Of a stretch of DNA of 64,000 nt, positions 51,301-61,600 are shown piece after piece. The stretch comes from Phoronis australis (Eukaryota > Animalia > Phoronida). The notes below the pieces were generated by a model. It saw only the letters and a program-made list of their open reading frames with translations, made no database searches and was not told where the DNA came from. The stretch spans positions 186,001 through 250,000 of the forward strand of contig NMRA01000101.1 in assembly GCA_002633005.1 (NCBI GenBank), in the 5' to 3' direction. The stretch's first letter is position 1, and every line of letters begins with the position of its first letter. The translations under genes were made by a program, and so were the position numbers.

Positions 51301-54300
51301 GTAATTAACTAGTTTAATTAATGTCACTTTTGTAAATTTCATAACAAATTGTTGAAAAACATCTGTATTACTAAAGTCCAACTTCACCAATACAAGCCCC
51401 GAAGTGTAAAATGTAGAGCACAAACATTGTGTGGTTATCAGTGGGTGATAAACAAAACAAGAAATTTGTTAATTAATAAATTCATTGTAATTAACAAGCA
51501 AAGTTACAGTAGCAATGCAAAGGTAAGTTACTTTGGCAAGTTTGGTATTAAACCGTACATTTTTCAAAGCCCTTTCCAGCTCACCCACTGTCTTCTTGTA
51601 CTGGAAATCTGTTCCCATGGACAGTGGTTTTATTTTGAGACAGGAAGCATTGATATTTGCATGAACTTGACACTGAGTAGTACATGCTTTGAAAAGCCTT
51701 AACTCAAAAATTTATATTCAAATATAATATTCAGCATCTTTCTGTAACGGCATAGCAAGGATTTTTGTGGCCAAAATAGATGCACAGGTTTCATGAGTTC
51801 TCAGAAACCAATTGCTGAATGCTTTAAGTAAAGTCTTTGAACCATGGTAGATAACTGGTTTACAAGTTGTAAAGCCAGATAAAACTGCACTGATACCTGT
51901 AAAATGTAACTATAACAATGCCGTAAAATGTAACAACATTTTAGGGCATCGTTTTAGTAACAACTATGGGTAGTTTACCTTGCTAAGCCTCTCCTAAAAT
52001 GTAACAAGTTGTTACATTTAACGAAGTTGTTACATTTCACATGGAATGCACATGCCAGAAATGTACCAATGTTACATTTTACAAAACCAAGGTCATATTA
52101 CAAAGAAAATGACCAAAATCAAGAACAATTGGAAACGTTAAACAATGGACTAGCCTGTTGATTAAGAAACCGCTGCCACATACTATCTGTTGCGTACAAA
52201 CTAGCGTGGACCCCGAATCAGATTGATCAGAGGTTTTGGAACTGGTTACATGGTACAGAGCAGAAAATAATGTTAAAAAATCAGTTTCATGTTATAAAGT
52301 TTGTGTGCACGAGTCTGGTTATTAGAAATTCATAGAATAAATTATTCCAAGTTTTTTACACATCCACTATAGACCCAGCTTCATCCCCTTACAAGATGTT
52401 TCAAATTTCCGCCATCATACTATAATATTCAGGGTATCTCTTTGCAGACTTCATTACACTACTGTTTGGCTGACTAAACTGCATTCGCAATCGAGGCGTG
52501 TCTTTGTGGCACAAACTGCCTGAACCAGCAAGATACGCTAATGACATTTCTTGCTGGTTCCCTGCATGTCACTAGGTGGTCAGTAGCCAGCACACAGGTA
52601 TCACTTAATTTTCCTCACGAAATTTTTTTACCCAGGTGTTTCTGATTGGCTAGTCGAATTCTCAACAGGCAGCGCTTTACGCAAACAATCTGGCATAATA
52701 AATACTCCATAGTCTATGCTGCCATGACTGATGGACTAAAGTGTAAATGAGGTCCATTGCTTCAGACAAATCGGTGATTAAAATTTATGTTCACGAAATA
52801 TGAATCCTAGATACTGCCATTTCGGAATGCATCTTTCTACTGTTGATGACTTTTGTTTACGGTACTTGTTGTGTATTGGTAATGCTACTTGTGGTTTTCC
52901 TTAGAATATAGTCACGTGGTATTTATGCCCACAAGCCACGTGCTCGTCCCTTTCTTGTATTAGTTCTCCAAGCGAATAGACGTATTATATTTTACTCTCA
53001 TCTGTGTTGTTTTACTGGTTCTACGAACACAACAGTACTGTCCTGTATTCACACAGTATGAATAACACACCAGTTAAATCGGGCAGATATGTATGGGCAG
53101 CGAAAAGGTTCAAAATAGACACCAGTGCCAAATAAACAAGTGGTTTGACAAACAGACAATTGGTTTGCTAAACAGACAAGTGATTCATCAAATAAACAGG
53201 TCAAGAATGCTATGGTTTTCCAAACAGACAAGTCAACTTTGCAGATTTTGTCGGATAAACAAGTGCCTACTTTTGAACAAACAAATAAGTTGGCAAATGA
53301 TTATTAAGTAGGTTACTAAACAGACAAGTAACCTTGTAGGCTCAACTTGTCAAACAGACAAGTCATCTGTTAAATGAACAAGACAAACACGGCAAACGAA
53401 CAGAGGGCGCCACTTGAAAACGAATGACGTCACGGAGTCTCAATCTAACTGATCCCCAAACCTGCATTATGTTATTGCAAATAAAGGTAACTCAAACTGA
53501 AGCTACCGAGGTGTTTAATTTCCAACGATATTTTGAGAAACATGATTGAAGAAAGTGACATAAACGGTGTTTTTCAAACTTTAAAACAAACAGTATGTTG
53601 TGTAAATGCAAAACTAACTTGGTTAGTACGGCGAATACAGGACCACGTGACGTCAACTATTTCTTGAGTTGGGACAGCGCCCTCTGTCCTGTCTGTTCAA
53701 CTACTACAAGACCAACATGTTCATTTGACTTGACTAACCTGTCTGTTTGATAGAAGTGACCTGTTCGTTCGACAAGTAACCTGTTCGTTTGGCGCAAGTA
53801 ACCTGTCTGTTCGGCGCAATTAACTTGTTCGTCAACGGTTCGCTAAATAACCTGTCTGTTTGTCGAAAATAAACCGATAACCTGTCTGTTTGTCAAAATT
53901 TAACCAAATAACCTGTCTGTTTGCCAAAACTGAACCAAATTACCTGTCTGTTTAAAAAGTAACTTGTTTATTTGGCAGTGTTGTCTATTTTGAACCTTTT
54001 CGCTGCCCATAGATATGTGCTTATTGTACAGGTATGTGCTTCAAGCACGTGGCTATTAAACATCACTGCAGAAACGAAATATTTGCAGCGATGCCACTTG
54101 CATGACAAGGCGAAAAATGGCTCACAGTCTGCCATTTTTTCACAGTGTTGTAAAGCTTACCAATGACTACTGAGGTTACATCAACCAATGCTAAAGCGCG
54201 TGCCACTGCATGATACCTGCGTAGGGGACCAGCGAGATGACATTTGAGTCGGTACACAACATGACATCTTTGAGCATTATGGTGTAATGAATGTAAATAG

Positions 54301-54957
54301 TTTTGGACTGGAATGACCAACTGAGGATTCTCAGCATCAGAGTACAAGAACATGGAAAAGACATACACAGTGTTGTTCTTAATCATTCATTGACCACTGG
54401 TCACAGTACAGATTTCTCTAGTGTTCAGATCTTTGACAAGGACAATACCACCTTTAGGCTCCTCATAAAGGAGGCTATATGCATTCATGGTTGAATCACA
54501 TACGTAAGCACTATTTATATTTTAACATTGATTCATTTGAGCTCCAACTGTTTTTGATTTTTGGTCTCTCTCCTTTCTACCCATGTATTTTGATCTGTGT
54601 ACCTGCACAGACTGTTCTCCTGTGTAATTACCTGACTGGAGTATTGTGAAGAACATTTGTCTTGAGCATGGTTTAGATAAAAACTGAAACATCGACTAGA
54701 GTACAATGTCTTTGTTTATGTATGCGCTGATCTTAAAGTTCATACCCATATTTTTGCCATAAACAAACGTGATCATCTGTATGATTGTTTTGTTGTTTCT
54801 ATCCCACACTTACTTTGGCCCCCATGGCCATGAGTCTCACTTATGGTCTTACACTAGGATGAGCTACTTACTCACTGCTTAGCCTTAGCATAACTTACTG
54901 TTCGCAAAATATCGATGTTGATAATAATAATGTCATTAGCAGGCTGCAGCCGAACAT
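36149..54957 (-). CDS. NAGPA: N-acetylglucosamine-1-phosphodiester alpha-N-acetylglucosaminidase (uncovering enzyme), whole gene, 10 exons, 554 aa
   Basis: Exons 54957-54899, 50960-50575, 48418-48325, 47958-47716, 46995-46867, 45604-45417, 44754-44578, 38322-38203, 36831-36762, 36347-36149 join in frame (1665 nt). Signal peptide, LLPYP propeptide with RHVR|DC furin-type site, NGGFF, ISARTAIGHD, NAINLDGGGS, REVSTVVC, EGF repeats, one TM helix. Confidence 0.95.
36762..36831 (-). CDS. NAGPA: NAGPA exon 9 (stalk)
   Basis: ttacag|VSKCQANKIISERHLVPDQPDQY|gtaagt; phases 1 and 2 link exons 8 and 10. Confidence 0.8.
37846..38236. repeat. 77-bp minisatellite x5 overlapping the NAGPA exon 8 donor
   Basis: Units at 37846, 37923, 38000, 38077, 38154; last unit includes the final ~30 nt of the exon. 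Confidence 0.95.
38203..38322 (-). CDS. NAGPA: NAGPA exon 8
   Basis: ttacag|KCSHGFHGKGCKNICFCPDSCTCHHVTGSCNTTLSQNLRL|gtatg. Confidence 0.9.
38669..40101. mobile_element. Non-autonomous element, Helentron/HINE-like, with terminal hairpin and internal duplications
   Basis: ACTTGGCGGAATT at 38694-38706; hairpin TACTTGGCGGAA-TTC-TTCCGCCAAGTA at 40072-40098; about 260-bp internal tandem duplication (38875-39110 vs 39135-39370); CpG-rich relative to host intron. Confidence 0.55.
42547..42818. repeat. 44-bp minisatellite x6
   Basis: ATGTAATACAAATCAACTTTATAGCTGTGCAGTTTACTAATGTT repeated. Confidence 0.96.
44578..44754 (-). CDS. NAGPA: NAGPA exon 7 (EGF/laminin-type)
   Basis: ttccag|DGCRCHAGWMG...CVCKAGYTGQWCEK|gtgag. 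Confidence 0.92.
45417..45604 (-). CDS. NAGPA: NAGPA exon 6 (EGF-like)
   Basis: ttccag|GDFSCEREVSTVVCIH...HGVCTS|gtgtc. Confidence 0.92.
46867..46995 (-). CDS. NAGPA: NAGPA exon 5
   Basis: ttccag|INLWDFADFLIGLGVVNAINLDGGGSATFV...NYPSDVC|gtaag. Confidence 0.95.
47716..47958 (-). CDS. NAGPA: NAGPA exon 4
   Basis: ttaaag|YLSERDL...GVVWLVRNG...ISARTAIGHD...DGKSYQTG|gtaag. Confidence 0.93.
48325..48418 (-). CDS. NAGPA: NAGPA exon 3
   Basis: tttcag|GNIVSDGRLVRDSGGIQNAHFGITKDGKIFTG|gtttg. Confidence 0.92.
48560..49272. mobile_element. MITE (CAGGG...CCCTG ends) hosting a minisatellite
   Basis: CAGGGACCTGTTTCAATAAAAG vs CTTCTCATGAAATGGACCCCTG; left end duplicated 43 bp upstream. Confidence 0.6.
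48653..49150. repeat. 35-bp minisatellite, about 14 units
   Basis: AAGTAATTATGG(GTC/CTA)CACAAATAATTTACA(C/G)AAAT repeated. Confidence 0.96.
50575..50960 (-). CDS. NAGPA: NAGPA exon 2
   Basis: tttcag|VTEYDWLLPYP...RHVRDC...NPLKTLSVLEP...AINGGFFNTHNASCL G|gtgag. Confidence 0.93.
53092..54011. mobile_element. Foldback-type non-autonomous DNA element with 30-bp perfect TIR and repeated subterminal motifs
   Basis: TATGGGCAGCGAAAAGGTTCAAAATAGACA inverted at both ends; GATATG direct repeat at 53086-53091 and 54012-54017; AAACAGAC(A/R)GT motif arrays inverted on the two arms. Confidence 0.88.
54240..54700 (+). mobile_element. Penelope-like element remnant (GIY-YIG endonuclease C-terminus)
   Basis: RILSIRVQEHGKDIHSVVLNHSLTTGHSTDFSSVQIFDK...RLLIKEAICI; disrupted upstream. 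Confidence 0.7.
54899..54957 (-). CDS. NAGPA: NAGPA exon 1 (signal peptide)
   Basis: MFGCSLLMTLLLSTSIFCE(H)|gtaagt; phase matches the next exon. Confidence 0.8.
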
Positions 54958-55510
54958 TGTGTCGCCAAAATCCAGACAACACAAGAACCTGTGATCGCAC
55001 CGGTCTGGCAAACGCAGCTCACTCCCGCATCCTCTTGACCTCAGTCTCAGAAATTTAGTTCTCGGGAACCCAAATCACATGACTGGTTCTAAAAACGGAG
55101 GAGAAGCAGATGCTGAAATTCGAGAGAATTTAAGACAGAATACAATCTTCTTTAAGTCTGGGAATAAACACAAGTTGTTTTGTAAAACTGAGAACAGAGG
55201 TTTTACTCAAAGAAAGTCACTGCTCTCAGAAGAAATCGCTTTCTTACCCTTGCCTACACGTAATGTAAATTATAGGTATTTATATGAACAAAAATAAGTG
55301 AAATTTAATGGACAATTATGACATCGGGTACTTTTGTTTCCTAATACAACACCTGAAGTTTTCAGAATTGGCAATGTAAATATTATAAGTGAATTTAATA
55401 AAAAAATCGAATCTCAATGTTTTTACATTACAGCTTCTCATCCGTTTCCGGTCCAAGTTTTAAAAGATGGAGGTTTGGGTTGCCAACAACAAATGCCGAA
55501 TTAAGTAGAA
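54958..55510. promoter_or_regulatory. Bidirectional promoter region NAGPA/LRRC43
   Basis: Divergent start codons about 550 bp apart; M-box/CLEAR-like TCACATGAC 55075-55083; ETS-like TTCCGG near 55445; YY1-like AAGATGGAGG near 55464; X-box-like GTTGCCAACAAC 55479-55490. Confidence 0.65.
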
Positions 55511-55603
55511 ATGGAAGTTTGCGAGGTTTCGGCGTTTAATGCGTTTCAAAACCAGCTGAAAACATTGTGCCTTACAGAATTTCCATGCGGAACTGGTTCA
55601 TGG
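55511..55603 (+). CDS. LRRC43: LRRC43 exon 1
   Basis: MEVCEVSAFNAFQNQLKTLCLTEFPCGTGSW|gtatt. Confidence 0.85.
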
Positions 55604-58600
55604 GTATTATTTTCATTTGTAATTTTCATACAGAGCGAGTCAACTGGTCCTACGGCGTTTGCACATCCTCCTGTCCTGTCCAGGCTCAGCGCCATGATTG
55701 ACAGTGTACTCACGGTCGTCACCCTTACGATTTTCGTCGATTAAACAATTATTTTACGATCTTACCTGTTACATTGAAGGCACTGGTTGGGCTCAAGTTG
55801 AATATAATGTACCCTGATTTAGAGAACCAGGCAATCACTATATAAAGGCCCCGTTATTTACTGGACGAAACTGGTTGTCTAAATCAGGGTCCATTATATC
55901 TGACTAGTGTCACTGGTTGTATGTAGCTTTTCCTGATTTAAAGTTCACCAGTTTCACCCAATAAATAATGGGCCGGTTGGTTGTTCAGTGATTGCCTGGT
56001 TCTCCGAGGGACAGCTGTATCCGACTTGTGCCGCATTTGTGTCCCTGGCATGTGAGCCAAGCATCCAAACCATTCGGCAATTACCTATTGGGAAGTAATT
56101 TGGAGAGACATTATACCACTGTACGTCATCTGATTTCACCTTCAAGAAATTGGCTGCTCACACTGTATGACTGTGTATTTTTTCTGGCAGAAAAATATCA
56201 TCCCTCTAATTTACGAAGTTTTGTAAGGCCCGCAAACAGTATGGAAATCCCAAAGTCGACTTGACTGTAAGTGGAGTTGTCACTTACAGAACATTGTGCC
56301 TGTTTCTATAGGTTCAAAATGTGCCCCTTCCTTTAACAGGTGCCCAGGGTACCTCTTCCCAAATTACTATAATTAAGTTATCAAACTAACTTGGGCTGGC
56401 CATGAACCCAGATTTGAGTGCAACAATACCATCAATTCAGGACACCTGGTGGCACCAAAAAGTTGGCTTAAAGCACACAAAGCTGCCACTTACAGAACAG
56501 ACATTTAGAACCAAAATTTGTTGCAAATCGAAACCTTGTGTCTGGCGTTATGTCATTGACGGAAACAGTCTGTAGTTTTGTTGTAAAATCCCTAGTCATG
56601 CCTGGATTCAAACTGCAGGTGTGAGCTTATACTGAAATGTATACTGTGACTGATCAAAATTGTCAAGGTTTAATTTCTGAGAATCATTTGAAATCTGTGT
56701 GGTGGCTCGGAGTATTTAATGAAATTTATACTCTTCACACTTTGTCATGTAGTTTTTATACTTTTACAGAGGGACAAGAAAATCACTGAATCTGGAACAG
56801 CAGTCCAAAGCGTGGAAACACACTTTGCTGTCACACACAAAGGTTTGTGATGACATTAGATGAAGTAGTGAAACTCAAAGTGTACCTGAAACATGAGTCA
56901 TCACCTGACAGGTTCAAGGCTTGGAATTTTCTGCGGAAACGCGGATATCTGCTTATTTCAAATGTTCTGTCCGCGTATTTTATTACATTTCTGCGTAAAA
57001 AAAATCGGATTTGATATAAAATTTACGTGGCAAATTCCTTTCTTACCGCGGCGTTGCCGACGACTTTCACCTCGAAAAGCGGAAGTTGCTCTTTATGTTT
57101 CGCTGACAAATACTACGACCACTGCAGTCAAAAATGTGCGGAGGCGGGAGTGGACGGGCCTGCTAAAAAGACGCAGAGGTGGTACCGTTTTTTTTCTTTT
57201 TAGTCCTCTTGGGCCCACATCTGCGCTATTTCGGGGCCGTGAAGCGCGCATGTTTTGGGGCCGTAAAAGTTTCCGCATTTTTCGTCATTGGTCATTCCAA
57301 GCCCTGCAGGTTATGTAATGTTACTCTTTAATGATTCGGTTCAGGACATCCCATATCAGTTATACTATGGAAGATTCGTGTTATTGTTTATAGGCCATGT
57401 GTGTTTGGACAGTGTGATGGAGGTCTCACATTAAAGGAGCATGCCACCCAAAAAACAACCTAATTTGTATCAATTTAGATCGAGTAGTTCTACTCCATAA
57501 CGACACGTACGGTTGCGTTACCTGGCACCTGACGGCAGACGGAGGTGTTGAAGTTATCCAATGACGTCATCGGTTTCACTCGCAGTCTGTTCAGCAGTTC
57601 ACAACACGGGTTACTGGTGTCAGCTTATTGCTTGAAGTCATCGTTTAACACCAATAAATCGTCAAACTTCGATGTAAAACCCTTAAAAATACACCGAGTT
57701 TTTATAAAAACGTGTTGTTTTATTTCGCTCTTACGGATTTATTGGTATTTGGACACATCGTAGCCTACAAAGTTCGGCAGGCCAATAAGGTCCGTAGCAG
57801 GAGTTTGGGGTCTGTTCGGAGATAATTTCGAAGTATTTTTCATGAGATACAGACAGGAGAACCTTGAACTGTGTTGTTTAGACTTGTGATTTTTGAGTTC
57901 TAAACACAAAACGCTTGTTAGCCTGGCCAGTGGCTCGGAGCCCGATCGGGCCTGTCGCGGCCGGTCGTATTGACTCTGGTGTTGCCCGCCAGTGGCTCGG
58001 AAACTGATCAGACATCACGAACATAAACCAGCCAAAGTTCAGTCAAGAAAATACTATACTAGTGAGCCAAAGTAATGTGCACCTGATTATGTTGGTGAAT
58101 TAGCCACGAAACTGCAAATCTACTTACTCGTCGGGGGCTGCGAATTCAGGTTCTGCTTTGGCCACAGCACTATCAGGGCAGAAGTTGTACATTGACAATC
58201 ATTATTTCAGTAATGTAAATAAAGATTTCCCTAATACCTGGCCGTGGGATGGAAATCGAGTTGTTTCACAACAGTTTCTGCTAGCTAACACTAAATTAGC
58301 ATGAGCTCACATGGCCTAGGTGTCCTGTCAATTAGTTTTATTGCACCTATAAAGGCCGGTAATGCAGTGATTTATTCATTGCTGGCTTCTCAAATCATTT
58401 GCACTCATGAACACTCCAAAGGCATTACAAATTGCATCTAATGAGACAGACTTTGTTTAAGTTTTATAAGTATTGGTTATGCTGAGAATAATTCATTTTG
58501 AAACAGAATGCTCAGTAATAAACGCCAACATGGCAACTCAGTCGCAATCCCGACTTAGGACGAGCTAGAGCTCATCAGTCCCGACTTCGCAGGTGGATCG

Positions 58601-61600
58601 TTAAGTTTTACAGGCTATCAATTCGAACAGGAATACAGTGATGGAGAAATACTAGAGAGGCGCCGTGAACAAGCTCAGACAACGGAACGCATGGAGTTAT
58701 TTGGTAAGCGGGCATTCGTCAGGAACTGTCTATGTCTGCAGGCCACAGACACGGAGATGTTTCACGGCCTCATACTTGCTATTTACAGGGTACATTTCAT
58801 TCTTCAGTACCATGAGCCACTTCCTAAGCATTTCAGACTCTCGAGGAAGTAAAAAAAAAAACGATATTCCCGCTTTCCTCGCACTCTGCTTAGTTTGGAC
58901 AAGTGGGAACGATGCACTGCAACATAGCGGCATTCACTCTGCACATGAACCGCTGACGTCGCTAGCGTTGTTTCTCACCTTCCTCACAGGTTAACGCGAC
59001 ACCTCTTGGCAAGGTAAGGTCGACGGTATGCGAGGCGATGTGGATATAGACCGATTAAGATGGCAAAAAAGACTAAGTTAATCGGGTGGCATTTTCCTTT
59101 AATGCGAGGACAATTATTTTTTTTCTGGGCTTATTTTGATGTTTTAGAAACGACTTCTGCATATTTTTTCCTATAAAGACAGATATACACAGCAGAAAAA
59201 TATGTAGAGACAATATTTCAGTACAGTTGAGGTAGGTTAGTGTGCAATATGAACCAGGCAAGCCTAAAAAAATTCCACACTTATCGTCGCACTCTCCAGT
59301 TTCACAACAAAAAAACTGGGTGAAGTTGAGATGTGCACGAATTCAAAGAAACTTTTCTTGTTGCATCATCTGGAAGTTTCACTTTCAATTGCATGATGGT
59401 TTTGAAACGTTCTGCCTTTACAGATTTTGGGGCTGACAATGAAAAAACAGAAACTCTGGAAGAACTGGTCAAAAGCAAACATTCACCTTGGAACCTTGAC
59501 TATAGTTGGAGTAATGAAGCCCGTCGACTGAGAGAAATAGCAGTTCGGTCACCATGGCTAATCGATGACTCTTTTATTCTGAGTCATTTTAAAACATTAC
59601 GAATTGTTGACAAGCAGGTACACCATTCATATTAATATTGTTTTTGTTATTCACTATACGAATAGTAGATATCCGGAGTTTAACTTGGCTGTTTTTATGA
59701 TGGACCTGACCTTGTGGCCTGCGCAGATCTGATGTACCACAACAGGGTCTTACCTTGTGGCATGCACAGGTCTGATGTACCTCAACAGGGGCTTACCTTG
59801 TGGCTTGTGCACGTCATTTTTAAGTACCGCAACAGGAATTTGACTAACTGCACTTTTTATGATTGATTGTAAGCATGTTTATATTCACCTTCATTATGAT
59901 GATGTTGCTATGCTGTTCATTTCAAGCTTTGATGTCTAATTAAACTGTATTTAGGAATGGCTAGTGGTAAACACTTGCTCTTAAATTTAACAACATTTTC
60001 AAGATAAGGGCAGGCATTATTGCTGAAAAATTTGTTCAGGAAATGAAGATTAAATGACATCAAAGTTTGTCTCAGCTACCTTTTAAACAATGTTGAAAAA
60101 CTGAGTAAGTATAGTTTTTAATCATGTTCTGTAAAATATATCACGTTTTGCTGAGAGTATAGTAAGGCACCTTTTGCAAAAATGGAGTTGTGAAGAACAA
60201 TCCAGATAAATTCATTTTATGTTAAAGACCATGTGACATTACATTTACTCTAACAGTTACTTTTTATTAGATGTTTGCATATTGCTGTATAATCACAATA
60301 CATAAAAATTTAAGTATTAACGTATTTATGATTAGGGCAGATTGCAGAGTTATAAACTAGTACTTCTGAGTCCTTAAGTCACATTTTGGGTAAATAACTT
60401 GTAGCTGACTAACTGAATGAGTGATCCACACATGATCAAAAGTCTGAACATAGTCTCCCAGGAATTTCTTAGCAGATGTTATCATATGATGAAGCAATTT
60501 TGTGACCTCGACTCTGCCTCGGTCTTTATCACATTTTTTGGGGTCTAAAAACTAACATATTGACGGAGTGTGAAAGTCAATAACTCTATGCTCAAAGTTT
60601 TTCATGGAAAATCTTTTAATTGCTTCAAATTGCTGCTGTCTTCCTTTTCAGGTGACTGAAGTTGATGATGGTCTTTTAAATTTCAAGAATCTGGAAGAAC
60701 TTACCCTTAGCACCAATTGTATCCAAGCTCTTAACTCCAGTCATCTTCCTCGCAGTTTGAAGGTTTTTTTCATTTTAAACCTTAACTCTTCTAGCACAGT
60801 TAGAGTATTGAACAAAACTTCACAGAGTGTCTAATAAAGAAATCGTGTGGTGATAATGAGTAGTTATAAAACAAGATGTGTTCCGATTGTGACGAATGAG
60901 ACTTCTTAACCTGCAGGACAAGAATTGGATAGAAGTCATTTTTTAGCCAATCATTCATTGGTCCTCAGTTGCTATTTAGCAAATGTACAGAAATGGCTAG
61001 AAATACAAGAACTGAAAATAAATACTTTACAGAGATCCAAATCAATTCACAGCAATTTAATTTTCAGCCGTTGTTTTTCTTAATACTGCCGTCTATATGC
61101 ACTGTGACCAAGTGGTAGTCATCTCATACCGACTTCAAGATTGTGAATTGAAATCTCATTTGGCCACATTGTTACTGTTGTTTTTATTTGCATTGCATTG
61201 TGTTAAAAACTGTGAATCAAACGGTAAAAAACCTAGTCTTATGTGTCTACATGACTTGTACAATTTGTGAATTATAATATTTACAGGTGTTGGAGCTTTG
61301 TGCCAACCAGATCAGTGACTTGTTCTCCCTGTGTGTAAAACCACCGTCACTCACTCACCTTGGGCTGGCTTATAACAAAATACTTTTCATAGATGATTAC
61401 ATAACTGGTGACTATTGGTAAGGACTTCGTATTTAACATGTCATTGGAAATCTTCTACAAGGGGTAATTTCGATTTCTTGCATAAAACTGTGATTTTTGT
61501 TTTCTTAAATGTGGAATAATAGTGGATTTTAGCCATGAATTTCACATGCAAATATTTACGTATTTACAGAATTAAAAGCTGTATTGTAGAGAATGTTCTT

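Noticed and set aside
61095-61165. Possible tRNA gene
   Set aside because: Only degenerate A/B-box-like sequence, no cloverleaf; at most an old SINE head
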